Of a DNA stretch of 64,000 nt, positions 34,095-44,676 are shown in pieces (position 1 is the first letter of the stretch; every line of letters begins with the position of its first letter). Below the pieces are notes generated by a model, which was not told the origin of the DNA, made no database searches, and worked only from the letters and a program-made list of their open reading frames with translations. This DNA is from an uncultured Alphaproteobacteria bacterium (GTDB lineage Bacteria > Pseudomonadota > Alphaproteobacteria > Rhizobiales > Beijerinckiaceae): contig CAWIHF010000029.1 of NCBI GenBank assembly GCA_963835885.1, positions 6,901-70,900 of the forward strand. The letters are read 5' to 3'. The translations under genes and the position numbers were made by a program.

Positions 34095-34195
34095 GCAGGC
34101 TGGAAGGATCCTTCGCGGCCCTCGGCGCCGTTTTTCCGCGAGAAAATCGAAACTAAACCTCTTGCTTTACTATCGCGGCGATGATACTAAAGCTA

Positions 34196-34552
34196 ATGCT
34201 TAACCATTCGGCCACGCTCGATCTCGCCTTCCAGGCCCTCGCCGATCCGACGCGGCGAGCCATGATCGAGCAACTCGCGCGGGGGCCAGCCTCGGTCAGC
34301 GACCTCGCCCGGCCGCTCGCCATGTCGCTGCCGGCGGTGATGCAGCATCTCGCGGTGCTCGAGGCGTCGGGACTGGTGCGCTCCCAGAAATCGGGGCGGG
34401 TCCGGACATGCCGCGTCGATCCCGACGCGATGAGCGTCGCCGAGCGATGGATCAACGACAGGCGCAGCGAATGGGAGCGACGTCTCGACCGGCTTGGAGA
34501 TTACGTCGCAAGCCTCAAAGCGGAAGGAGCCTCCGATGGCCAAGACAACTGA
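34196..34552 (+). CDS. ArsR/SmtB family regulator
   Basis: FQALADPTRR...QHLAVLEASGLVRSQKSGRVRTC. Confidence 0.93.
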   Translation: MLNHSATLDLAFQALADPTRRAMIEQLARGPASVSDLARPLAMSLPAVMQHLAVLEASGLVRSQKSGRVRTCRVDPDAMSVAERWINDRRSEWERRLDRLGDYVASLKAEGASDGQDN

Positions 34553-35492
34553 GACGATCGATCTGCCGCCGGTCAGCGTTACGCGCATTCTGCACGCGCC
34601 CCGCGAGCTGGTGTTCAACGCCTGGAGTTCGGCCGAGCATGTCAGGCGCTGGTTCGCGCCGACCGGCTACACCGTTCCGAATGCGAACGTCGAGATGCGC
34701 GTCGGCGGAGCCTTCGAGGTTTTGATGCGGGCCCCCGACGGCGTCGAGCATTGGGCGCGCGGAACCGTCGTCGAGGTCGTGCGCTTCGACCGGCTGGCGC
34801 TCGATCTGGTGGTCGAGGATACCAAGGGTCATGCGCTCTTCCGCGCCTTCACCGAAGCCCGCTTCGCCGACGCGCTCGGCGGGACAAAGCTCGACGTCAC
34901 GCAGACCTATACAATCATCGATCCGGACGCGGCCTGGATGGCTCAGGGCGCGTCGCAAGGCTGGGCTGAGACGCTCGACCATCTTTCGGCCGAGCTTCGG
35001 CGCATGCTGACCAGTCTCGAGACCGCGCGCTCCGTCGTCCACTCCGCCTTCACGCTCGAGCGAACCTATGACGCGCCGGTCGAACGCGTCTACCGGGCCC
35101 TGTCCGACGAGTTGGCCAAGGCAAAATGGTTCGGCGGCTCGGACGGCCAGTGGCGGCAGATCGAGCGCAGCATGGATTTTCGCGTCGGCGGTCGGGAGCG
35201 CCTGAAGGGGCGGTGGGAGAGCGGCGTCGTCTCGACCTTCGACGCTGTCTACCACGACATCGTCCCCGACCAGCGCATCGTCTACACTTACGAAATGCAT
35301 CTCGACGAGAAGAAGATTTCTGTCTCGCTCGCCACTTTGCAGATCAAGTCCGGCGGCCCCGGCCGCGCGATGTTGAAAGTGACGGAACAGGGCGCGTTTC
35401 TCGACGGCTACGACGACGGCGGCTCGCGCGAACGCGGCACCAGCTTCCTGCTCGACCAGCTCGGCGCGTCGTTGACCGGAAGTGCACATTAA
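34536..35492 (+). CDS. Tandem SRPBCC (AHSA1/START-like) domain protein
   Basis: Two repeats: RILHAPRELVFNAW...MRVGG and ERTYDAPVERVY...FRVGG. Confidence 0.9.
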   Translation: MAKTTETIDLPPVSVTRILHAPRELVFNAWSSAEHVRRWFAPTGYTVPNANVEMRVGGAFEVLMRAPDGVEHWARGTVVEVVRFDRLALDLVVEDTKGHALFRAFTEARFADALGGTKLDVTQTYTIIDPDAAWMAQGASQGWAETLDHLSAELRRMLTSLETARSVVHSAFTLERTYDAPVERVYRALSDELAKAKWFGGSDGQWRQIERSMDFRVGGRERLKGRWESGVVSTFDAVYHDIVPDQRIVYTYEMHLDEKKISVSLATLQIKSGGPGRAMLKVTEQGAFLDGYDDGGSRERGTSFLLDQLGASLTGSAH

Positions 35493-35770
35493 CGGCGCCG
35501 CGTTGGACGAGGGGCCGCATCGCCGTTGACCGCGGGGCGCCGAGCGCTTCTGGGCACCCGGCGCCCGGCAGGGCGCTAGCCCGCGCGACGCATCGTCCAA
35601 ATCTCGCCCTCATCGCAGCCCGTTAATTCGTAACACGATTTGCTGCGCTGCACAATAGCATTGCTGCTATGCACAATCCGCTGGACGCAAAGCTGTTCGA
35701 GGAACCGACGCTTCGGCGAACGCCTAAGGACGGGGAAGCGAGGACGGGTGTCGGGCTCGCGACTGCGCCC

Positions 35771-37030
35771 TCAACTGCGCGACAGAACCTGGACGGCGCG
35801 CTCGAGCTGCGGATCGGCGCCGGCGGCGTAGCGGGAATCGAATGCGACCTCGATGGTCGGCTCGACGCCGGCCCCCTCGAGGCGCCGGCCATCGACGACG
35901 ACGTCCTCGACCGCAAGCAGCAACAGACCGTCGTCGCCGATGAGAAACGCAGTGGCCGCGAGCACCGCGCCCTCGGTGCGGCTGCCGATGAGCTCGCCGA
36001 GGCGATATTCCTTGAAGCCGTAGGCGAGCACCTCCTTGCCGCTCCGAGTCCCGCCGTTGATCAGCGCGGCCACCGGCTTGCGCCACTTCACGTCGACGAG
36101 ATCGATCTCGCCGTTCCTCGCCGTCACCTTCATGGTCGGCGAATGCGGATTGAACAGATCGAGATATTGCGGCTGGGCCCCGCCCCAGCCGTCGCGCAGA
36201 TCCCAGATGAGCGCGTCGGCGTCGCGCAGCGGGCCATCGCCGATCAGGTCCTCGAGCGCGTGCTGATATTGACGCCCCGCGTAGGACCACACGTGCACAT
36301 AGCCGATGCGCGCGTTGGCGCCGGCGGAAATGATCCGGGCGCTGCCCTGCAGCCCATGCAGGAACATTTGGTTCGGATGAAGATCGGCCGGGACGACGGA
36401 GACCGAAATCGGCGCTCCGTCGCGCGCTCGCCGGACCGACAGCGATACCGGTCCGCCGACCTTGCCGCGGAAAGACGCGATAGGTTGGAACGGGCGATCG
36501 TCCGCCGACAGGATCTCGTCGCCGAGCAGGAGACCTGCCTTATGGGCAGGAGCGCCCTCGATCACGCCGGTTACGAAGGTCCGCCCCTGGTTATCGTCCT
36601 GCACGAAGATCCCTATCCCGGGGTAGGCCACTTCGCCGCTGGGAAAGAGACGCTGAAGCCCTCGATGCTGAAGCGCGCCGGCAAAAATGTCGGCCAGCTG
36701 GTAATAGGCCGGCTCATCGGACGTGTAATAGCGCGTGTGGGACGCGCCGAGGGTCGCGAGCATCACATTGACGATTCCGGCCAGCTCGCCTCGCGAGCGC
36801 GCCGCCTCGGCCTGCGGGCGGTAGCGCTCGCGTATCGCCTGCCAGTCGAGCCCATTGAGACGCGGGTCGTAGAAGCGATCGCGTACGAGCTCCCACACTT
36901 CGTCGAAAGCCGACCGATCCGTTTCGGCCGAGCCCTGACCGCGCATTTGCAACTCCCACTGCGCGCCGGCCGGCCGCGCCAAGGCGAGCGAGGCTGCGAT
37001 AGCCAGAATTTCCCTGCGCGTTGCTTTCAT
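35771..37030 (-). CDS. S41 family peptidase with PDZ domain and Tat-like signal
   Basis: TRREIL leader, SHT, PDZ GAPAHKAGLLLGD, DLRDGWGG, TRSGKE and LEGAGVEP. Confidence 0.9.
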   Translation of the reverse strand: MKATRREILAIAASLALARPAGAQWELQMRGQGSAETDRSAFDEVWELVRDRFYDPRLNGLDWQAIRERYRPQAEAARSRGELAGIVNVMLATLGASHTRYYTSDEPAYYQLADIFAGALQHRGLQRLFPSGEVAYPGIGIFVQDDNQGRTFVTGVIEGAPAHKAGLLLGDEILSADDRPFQPIASFRGKVGGPVSLSVRRARDGAPISVSVVPADLHPNQMFLHGLQGSARIISAGANARIGYVHVWSYAGRQYQHALEDLIGDGPLRDADALIWDLRDGWGGAQPQYLDLFNPHSPTMKVTARNGEIDLVDVKWRKPVAALINGGTRSGKEVLAYGFKEYRLGELIGSRTEGAVLAATAFLIGDDGLLLLAVEDVVVDGRRLEGAGVEPTIEVAFDSRYAAGADPQLERAVQVLSRS

Positions 37031-37224
37031 CGGACCCGTTGCTTTCGTATTCTGATGGACGTATCGGCCTCGCTAGGCGCCAATCCCGGCCCATGTTTGA
37101 CCGCGGCGCGTGCAAATCGGGACGCGCTGGATTTCGTCAGAATGCGGCCGCCCGACCGCGGTCATATTCGTCGCCGACACTTGAACCCTTGCGGGACGGT
37201 CTTTGCGCGCCCGGGAGAGGTCCG

Positions 37225-38016
37225 TTGCCCGGTAAACCGCTCAATTTCGCCGTCGGCCTTGTCGCTTGCGGTCTGGCGCTATCGGCGGTCGGTTCGGTCG
37301 CGGGCGCGCCGAGGCGCCAGGCGCTCTGGCTGACCGTTCAGGCCTGCGTCGCCGACCACAAGCTGACGGGAGCCGCATTCCCTTGCCTGCTGGTCGATTT
37401 GGATGGCGGCGAGGAGCGCGGCTATGTCGTCTTGCGCGACCCGTTTGGCCCGGACACAATTCTGGCGCCGACGCGCCGAGTGACTGGAATCGAGGACCCG
37501 TGGCTGCGGTCGCCCCAGGCGCCGAACTATTTTGCCGCCGCCTGGCGCGCGCGGCCGCTCCTCAAAGGACCTGGCGGACGGCCGCCGGCGCCCGACGGTT
37601 TCGCGCTCGCGGTCAACTCCGCGCTCGCGCGAAGCCAGGACCAGTTTCACATCCACCTCGGCTGTCTTGCGCCAGCGCTCGCGCGCAAGCTTCCCATCCT
37701 CGCCGCCAAGTTGCCGGTCGGCGCCTGGACGCGGGTCGGCGTCGCCATCGAAGGCTCGTCGTTCTGGGCGCTGCGGGCCGGGCGGACTGACCCTCAGGAC
37801 ATTGAGCCGGTTCGCCTTGCGGTCGAAGCTATCGGCGGCAAGAGAAACCTCGCGCGAACGACGCTCCTCGTCACCGAGCTCCGGGTCGGCAGAAGCGAAG
37901 AGTCCCTTATCCTCGTCTCCGATGCCGGCCAATCCGGTTCGCTCCAGGAAGCGTCCGCCGAAAGCCTGCTCGATCCCGCCTGTTCAGGCCCGTCGCGCGC
38001 ATCGATGTCCAATTGA
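37225..38016 (+). CDS. cdh: CDP-diacylglycerol diphosphatase (start uncertain)
   Basis: Motifs PTRRVTGIEDP, PNYFAAAW and AVNSALARSQDQFHIHLGC. Confidence 0.82.
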   Translation: MPGKPLNFAVGLVACGLALSAVGSVAGAPRRQALWLTVQACVADHKLTGAAFPCLLVDLDGGEERGYVVLRDPFGPDTILAPTRRVTGIEDPWLRSPQAPNYFAAAWRARPLLKGPGGRPPAPDGFALAVNSALARSQDQFHIHLGCLAPALARKLPILAAKLPVGAWTRVGVAIEGSSFWALRAGRTDPQDIEPVRLAVEAIGGKRNLARTTLLVTELRVGRSEESLILVSDAGQSGSLQEASAESLLDPACSGPSRASMSN

Positions 38017-38060
38017 TCCTGTCGGCCGCACTCGCGCGTTGGCGACCGCCATCAGACTTG

Positions 38061-38240
38061 TCAGGCCAAGGACGCGACGACCATGATCTCCACCAGGTTG
38101 GCCGGTCGCGCCAGGAGAGCCTGGACGGTCGCCCGCGCGGGAGGATCGCCCGGCGCGACCCAAGCGTCCCAGACCGCGTTCATTTCGTCGAAGCGCCCGA
38201 TGTCGGCGAGCCGGATGGTCAAAGATACAGGCGACGTTCG
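38061..38240 (-). pseudogene. RidA/YoaB family C-terminal remnant next to ISAs1
   Basis: LTIRLADIGRFDEMNAVWDAWVAPGDPPARATVQALLARPANLVEIMVVA*. Confidence 0.75.
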
Positions 38241-38249
38241 CGCTGCCCT

Positions 38250-39504
38250 CAGGGGAATCGGGTGAACGGATCATGCGGCGATGAGGCTTGCGAGGTAGTC
38301 GTCGTCCCATCCCGCGGTTTTTCGTTTCAGGCGTTGGGAATCTTTACCTGGAGCGGTTCGAAGGACGTTGCTTGCTATGTGCTTTAGGGTTGTGAAGTTG
38401 GCGGGGGCATTGTCGGTTCGGACCCTGCATTCGTCGTCGCGAAAGATCATGTCGAGCACCCAATGCAGCCCGTTCTCGATTGCCCAATGATCTCGGATCA
38501 TCGGCCCGATCAGATTGGCGAGCATGGTCAGCGAAGTGATGTAGAAGCGGGTTTCGTTTGAGATTTTAGCTTCGATTTCGCGCTGGCTCTCGACCATGAC
38601 GACGGCTTTCAATCCCGGCCAGTCATGGCGCTGTTGCAGCCATTCAACGTCGTGGAATACGGTGTAGGAACGGGTTTCGATGCGCCCATGATCGCCGTCG
38701 ACCGTCTCGTGTCGGCTGATGACGACATCTTTGAAACCGTTGACTTTCTGCTCGGCGGCGAGGAGTTTCACGTCATCGTGCAACGTGCCCTGGTTGCCTT
38801 TGAGCGCGATGATGTAATCAGCCTTGTTGTCGATGATCTTGCCTGGCGATGTGGCGTTGACATCCCATCGCGTCGATGGTGACGACGGCGCCTTCGATCG
38901 CCATCATGTCGAGCAGCGCCGGAATGGCGACGATCTCATTGGATTTTTCCGCCACCGCGATTTGGCCCATGACCAGACGCTGGCGCGCGGCGAAAGCCGA
39001 GACCATGTGGATCGGCTGCTTTCGATCCCTTCTTTCGATGGGAGCGGCGCGAGGTCTTGCCGTCGACGGCGATCACCTCGGCCGGGGTGTTGGTCAGAGC
39101 CGCCGCCCAAGCGATGAAGCAGCGCCGGAATGCCGCAGAGTCGAGCGTGGCGAAAATGTCGCCCAGATGATCATGCGCCGGAGTTCCGTCCTTGAACGGC
39201 CGGAACCGGCGCAGGAGCGCCAGCTTCTTCTCACCGAACCGCGCGATTTCGGTGAACGCTTCGCTGCCCGCCAGAACCGCCAAAAGGCACAAGAGCAGGA
39301 TTTCGTCGAGCGGATAGATCACCTTCCCGGCTTGCCGACCGTCCGGCATATCTTTGAAGTATTGAAGGAAAATCGTCGTTTCGGCCACAGCCGCGAAATT
39401 CTCAGGAATGTCGTCCATAAAATCCCCCACAAAGCGAATCAGAGGATTTCGAGAGATTCAAGCTTCTCACCGCGTTGTCACGAACTTCTTCACCCGATTG
39501 CCTG
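38250..39504 (-). mobile_element. ISAs1-family element; frameshifted transposase at 38271-39418
   Basis: IRs CAGG(G)(G/C)AATCGGGTGAA; 10-bp target duplication GCGCTGCCCT at 38240-38249 and 39505-39514; motifs IAVDGKT, KSNEI, TIDAMGCQ and RDHWAIENGLHWVLD. Confidence 0.93.
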
Positions 39505-39667
39505 GCGCTGCCCTGCAGCGGCCTTGACATCTTCGTTTGCCGCGAGCGCTGCGAGCAATCCCTGCGCCACGGCGATCTCCGGCATTTCCGGCGGCGGCGC
39601 GATCGAGTTGACAGCCTCGGGCCTTCGGACGCATCATGACAGCATCTGAGAGGGCATCTTGACGCGC

Positions 39668-39922
39668 ATGCGAACCACAGTCACGCTGGACCCCGACGTC
39701 GAATCCATGTTGCGAAAGGAGATGCGCAGACGCGGCGAGCCCTTCAAGCAGGTCTTGAACAACGCGATCCGCACCGGGCTGCGCAATTCTAGCCGGCGTG
39801 GCGAGGCCTTTGAGCCTCTGACGTTTGACATGGGCGAACCCCGCGTGGATCTCACCAAGGCGGCCGCGCTCGCCTCCGAGCTCGAGGACGAGGAGCTCAT
39901 CAGCCGGTATCGCCGCCGATGA
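39668..39922 (+). CDS. vapB: RHH/CopG-type VapB antitoxin
   Basis: MRTTVTLDPDV...FKQVLNNAIRTGL; TTGACA and GCATC repeats upstream. Confidence 0.88.
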   Translation: MRTTVTLDPDVESMLRKEMRRRGEPFKQVLNNAIRTGLRNSSRRGEAFEPLTFDMGEPRVDLTKAAALASELEDEELISRYRRR

Positions 39923-40350
39923 TCCTTCCGGACGCCAACGTGCTTCTCTGCGCAGTCAACAGATCGAGCGATCAGCATGGGGCGGCGCTCAAAGGCCTGG
40001 GGCGGGGCTTCGACGAGCCGCGCGGCGTCGCTTTTGCGTGGACGGCGCTTCTGGCCTTCATGCGCCTGAGCACGCGCCGCGGCATTTTTCTCCGTCCACT
40101 GTCTGTGGAAGACGCGCTGCGCGTCGTCGAGCGTTGGCTTCGTCACCCCCGCGCGCAGGTGGCGCACCCGAGCGAGCAGCACGCTGAAACCCTCGGGCGA
40201 TTGCTCAAGTCCGCCGGCGTCGCCGGAAATCTGACGGCGGATGCGCATCTTGCGGCGCTGGCGATTGAACACGGCGGAGCCGTCCTCACCTTCGATCGCG
40301 ATTTCGCGCGTTTCGAAGGCGTGCAGTGGATCCTGCCGGGGAAGGACTGA
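39919..40350 (+). CDS. vapC: VapC PIN-domain toxin (mycobacterial-like type)
   Basis: Motifs ILPDANVLL, GNLTADAHLAALAIEHG and TFDRDFARF; ATGA overlap with vapB. Confidence 0.92.
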   Translation: MILPDANVLLCAVNRSSDQHGAALKGLGRGFDEPRGVAFAWTALLAFMRLSTRRGIFLRPLSVEDALRVVERWLRHPRAQVAHPSEQHAETLGRLLKSAGVAGNLTADAHLAALAIEHGGAVLTFDRDFARFEGVQWILPGKD

Positions 40351-40658
40351 GCCGCCCGCTGGCAGGAAGTCTGCGCGAGCGAGCGTCGCCTGAAAACGCA
40401 CTCTTCCATGATCAAGCGTTCAGGCTCTGATTCGTGGGCGCTGGCGCGGAGCTGCGTCGACCACATTCAGATCACCAAGGGCCAGGACCTCGGAGTCGGA
40501 TAGACCTAGGTAAATCCGGGGCGACGCGGACGGCAGCTTCTCCACCTCAGCGTTGCCAGCCCCACGACTTGAGCCGCTTTCGGACCCTCGCTCAAGCGAC
40601 AATGCGTCTTGGAGAATCACAGTGAAGCCATCAATCGGTTGCTGTTCAGCCCTTCGTA

Positions 40659-41110
40659 TCACAATCGTGGATGACCTATATTCATCACATAATCTCGCAA
40701 GAGCGTCTCCTCATGCTCGACCTCTTCGAGGAGAGCTTCAAGCAAAAACCGCGCGTTCAGCACGCCGATCGGCCGGGAGTTTCTGATCCAAGATAGGTAT
40801 GTTCTTCAGCCTCCGGTCCTTCATGATCATCCACACATCATGCAACAGGTCGCCGGGCCGACAGGACACGACGGTGCGGGTCATGACGGCCGATGCGGCA
40901 GTCGTCTCTTCACTTTCTCGACGGTGACTGATTTGGCGGACGACATCCGTCTTGCTGATGATCCCAACCATTCGTTTATCGGCATCGCACACGACCACCA
41001 CATCCGCGTCAGGCTTCAGTAGAAGCTTCGCCGCTTCCGTCAGTGGAGCATCGTCCCTGATGAGTGATGAGGCGCTTGGATGCCGCAGGCAGAATTTTTT
41101 CTATGTGCAT
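40659..41110 (-). pseudogene. CBS-domain protein, two frameshifts, separated from its promoter by IS1634
   Basis: GGAGG RBS and ATG at 41110; MVGIISKTDVV, AVMTRTVVSCRPGD, LKNIPIL, then PIGVLNAR...LLRDYVM in a shifted frame. Confidence 0.75.
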
Positions 41111-41153
41111 CAATCCACCTCCAACAAACTGTTCAGCCTCACTGGTATTCAAA

Positions 41154-43024
41154 CGGATGTTCCCCTGTATCAGGCTTAGCGCGCTCCCGATAACGGGTTG
41201 ACCTTATTTCGCTTTTCGTCGCTGTGGGAGGGTTTTCCTGGTGGCTACGCGGGCCGGGTCGAGGGGCAGCGCGGCGGGAATGGCGACGCCGGCGGCTTCG
41301 AACAATTGGCGCACGTCGTCGCGCGGCGTCGGGACCTGATTGTAGGAGGGCCGACCGCCGATGATCACTTCGACGACGCAGAGACTGGCGAGCCGGTCGA
41401 GGCCTTCCTGCACGGTCAGGTCGATGTCGCGCCAGCGCTGGCGCAGGGCGTGCACCAGGAGATAGGCCAGCATGACGACGAGGGCGTGGCCGCGCGTGCG
41501 GTTCTCGTCGCGCAGATAGACCGGTCGCAACACGAGTTGCACGGATTTGGAGTCGCGAAACGGCAATGTGACGTGGGCTAGGTCCTTGTAGCGGTCGTGC
41601 ACAGTCTCTTGGCCGACGACGGTCTTCGGCAAATCGGTGCGTAGCGCGTTGAGCCGCGAGGCGCGCCGCCTCGACGTCCAAGCGGCCTTGGACACCGTGA
41701 CGACGACGCCCTGCGCCTGATCGGCGATCTGGACGATCTTGTCGAGGCCGAGCGTCTCGGACCTGGATTTCAGCCTGGCCAGTTGCGTCTTGGCCGCCGC
41801 TCGCGGATGCTCGTTCAAGTAGGCGCTGGCCGTTTCGGCGGAGGTGTGCAGCCTCGTCAGCTTGTCGGCTCGCAAGGCCGCCAGCTCTCGGCGCGGGCGG
41901 GATTGCGGCGCACCACATAACGCTCGCCGTCGAGGCCCTCGACCTCGGCCAGCGCGTCCTCGAACAGGTCCATCTGCAATACGCCGGCTGCGATCAGGCC
42001 GTCGATCTGCGCTTTCGTGATGGCGGTGATATAATGAAAGCCGGCGGCGGTGATTTCGGCGCGCTGTGGGGCTTTGATCATGCCGCGGTCGCCGACGAAG
42101 GTGACCCGCTCGGCCCCGAAACGGGCGGCGGCTTTGTTGACTTGCGAAGAGAACGTCTTGACGTCGGACGTGTTGCCTTTGAAGACCTCGATCGACAGCG
42201 GGCGACCGTCGGCGTCGGCGAGCAGGCCGATCACGATCTGACGCTTGCCCGACTTGCGCTCCCGGTTGTAGCCGAACGCGGCAAAGGCGTTGTGCTCGCC
42301 TTCGAGGTACGTGCTGGTCACGTCGTAGAGAAAGACGTCGGGCGCCGAGGCCGGTTCTCTCTGAACAAACAACCGGCTCTCGATCTCGGCTTGGTTGTCC
42401 GCCAGCCAATCCAGATTGTCGTAAAGGCCGTCCTCGTCGGACCCGACCATGCCCAGCGCCGCGCCGACGGCATGGCTGCCCGCCAGCCGAACCACCGATA
42501 GACGCGAGCCCTGATCGAGCACACGCGCAATGATCTGCGACAGTCGCCAGCTTGCCCTGCCGATCGGAGCCCAGGGCGGCGATGAAGCCGAGTTCGCGCG
42601 CCATCTGCGACAGAACCCAAACCGCCCCCACCGAGGGACCCTGCTTCAACTCCGGCCCGCTCTCGCCGGCGGACGCCAGCATGCGGCCCAAATCGCCTTT
42701 GTGTTTCAGCGCCAGCCGGATCGCCTCGAACTCTTCCGGTTTGTAGTGCGTGAGGTTGGCCAGCGTTCGATGCTTGACATTGCCGTCCTCGCGATAGGTC
42801 TCGCGCAGCAGGTGGCGGGCGTAAGTCTTGCCGTTGAGGCGAGTGACCGAACTGTCGGACGAGACATTATGGATATGTGATGTAAGCCAAAAGCGCTTTG
42901 ATGCCGCAAGAGTAAATATGTCGCATATTAGTGGCTACACATCAATCGCGCAAATCGCCTCCAACATATTGATTTACAACTATAAACTGTCGATGAGCAA
43001 GCTGACTGAAGGGAGGAACGTCCG
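41154..43024 (-). mobile_element. IS1634-family element; multiply frameshifted transposase at about 41204-42867
   Basis: IRs CGGA(T/C)GTTCC; 6-bp target duplication TTCAAA at 41148-41153 and 43025-43030; motifs LLRETYREDGNVKHRTLANL, LYDVTSTYLEG, FVGDRGMI and LRPVYLR...RGH. Confidence 0.92.
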
Positions 43025-43061
43025 TTCAAACGCAAACTAATCCAGGAAGGCGCCGCAGACT

Positions 43062-43075
43062 TTGACCTGAATCAA
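43062..43075. promoter_or_regulatory. FNR/FixK box
   Basis: TTGACCTGAATCAA, one mismatch from the TTGAT-N4-ATCAA consensus. Confidence 0.65.
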
Positions 43076-43246
43076 TTGCGCGTCGTCAGAGCCAGGCGCC
43101 AAAGACAAGTTTTAGTTCTGTTCTCTATTGAAAAATTGGAAAATCGACATTGCGCGGCAAGCAAGTCGAAATATTTCAATTCGAAATGACACCCCGCCGG
43201 AAGGATCGAGAGACGCCGTCTTTTGGCGGCAAAGGGCCGCGGTCCT

Positions 43247-44557
43247 TCACTCCCGCCCCCGCTGCTCCCTGAGCCGCGCCCAGTATTCGAGCCGCTTCCG
43301 GATCTCGCGCTCGAAGCCGCGCTCGGCCGGATCGTAGAGGGTTTTCCGGCCGAGCGCGTCGGGCCAGTAGTTTTGGCCGCTGAAGGCGTCCGGCGCGTCG
43401 TGGTCGTATTGGCAATCGGCCCCGTAGCCTTCGCGCTTCATGAGGCGGGTCGGCGCGTTGAGGATGGTTTTCGGCGGCGTCAGGGAGCCGTGCGCCTTGG
43501 CGAGGTCCTGCGCCGAGCCGAAGGCCCGGTAGATCGCGTTGGACTTCGGCGCGGTCGCGACATAGACGACCGCCTCGGCGATCGCGAGCTCGCCCTCGGG
43601 GCTGCCGAGGAAATCGTAGGCCTCCTTGGCGGCGTTGGCGACGACGAGGGCCTGCGGGTCGGCGAGCCCGATATCCTCCGACGCCATGCGCACCACCCGC
43701 CGGGCGATGAACAGCGGGTCCTCTCCGGCGTCCAACATGCGCGCCAGATAGTAGAGCGCGGCGTCGGGATCGGAGCCGCGCACGCATTTGTGCAGCGCCG
43801 AGATCAGGTTGTAGTGGCCATCCTGCGCCTTGTCGTAGATCGGCGCGCGGCGCTGTACGACCTCGACCAGCCGGGCTGCGTCGAGCGTCTCGTCCGGCCG
43901 CGCGGCGCGCCAGACTTCCTCGGCCAGCGTCAGGACGGCGCGGCCGTCCCCGTCGGCCATGCCGATCATCGCTGCGCGCGCCTCGGCGTCGAGCGGCAAA
44001 GGTTTGCAGATGAGGCGTTCGGCCCGTTCGAGCAGCGCTTCGAGCGCCTCCGCGGCCAGCGGCCGGAAGACGAGCACGCGCGCCCGCGACAGCAGCGCGG
44101 CGTTGAGCTCGAACGACGGGTTTTCCGTCGTCGCCCCGATCAGGGTCACCGCGCCGTCCTCCATCACCGGCAGGAAAGAATCCTGCTGCGCACGATTGAA
44201 GCGATGGATCTCGTCGACGAACAGCAGCGTCCCCTGCCCTCGAGCGCGCCGCATCCTCGCCGCCTCGAAGATTTTCTTGAGTTCGGCGACGCCCGAATGG
44301 ATGGCGGAAACCTGCACGAAGACGTCGGAGCGCAAAGCGCCGATGAGGCGGGCGACCGTCGTCTTGCCGCTGCCCGGCGGCCCCCAGAAGATCATCGAGC
44401 CGAGCGTCGGCGATTCGAGCAGGCGGGTCAGAGCGCCGTACGGCCCGGTCAGATGCTCCTGCCCGGAGACTTCGGCGAGCGTTTTCGGCCGCAAACGTTC
44501 GGCGAGCGGCGGGGGCGGCGGCTCGGCCTTCTGGCTCGCATCATCGAAAAGGCTCAT
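43247..44557 (-). CDS. rarA: Replication-associated recombination protein A (RarA/MgsA)
   Basis: Motifs PLAERLRP, WGPPGSGKTT, FVDEIHRFNRAQQD, ATTENPSF and SEDIGLADP. Confidence 0.97.
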   Translation of the reverse strand: MSLFDDASQKAEPPPPPLAERLRPKTLAEVSGQEHLTGPYGALTRLLESPTLGSMIFWGPPGSGKTTVARLIGALRSDVFVQVSAIHSGVAELKKIFEAARMRRARGQGTLLFVDEIHRFNRAQQDSFLPVMEDGAVTLIGATTENPSFELNAALLSRARVLVFRPLAAEALEALLERAERLICKPLPLDAEARAAMIGMADGDGRAVLTLAEEVWRAARPDETLDAARLVEVVQRRAPIYDKAQDGHYNLISALHKCVRGSDPDAALYYLARMLDAGEDPLFIARRVVRMASEDIGLADPQALVVANAAKEAYDFLGSPEGELAIAEAVVYVATAPKSNAIYRAFGSAQDLAKAHGSLTPPKTILNAPTRLMKREGYGADCQYDHDAPDAFSGQNYWPDALGRKTLYDPAERGFEREIRKRLEYWARLREQRGRE

Positions 44558-44676
44558 CGGATCCTTGTCTCGCGCGGCTCGGGGCCTGTCCAGCGCAAGC
44601 TGCGGCGCCCTGCCGGCTTGCCCCTCGCACGCCTGAGCCTATGCTCTTCCGCGCCTTCCAAGCCCGGGAATCCGAC

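Noticed and set aside
35669-37333. 554-aa + strand ORF and many similar long antisense ORFs
   Set aside because: Shadow frames of real high-GC genes (here the S41 peptidase); Arg/Pro/Ala-rich with no motifs.
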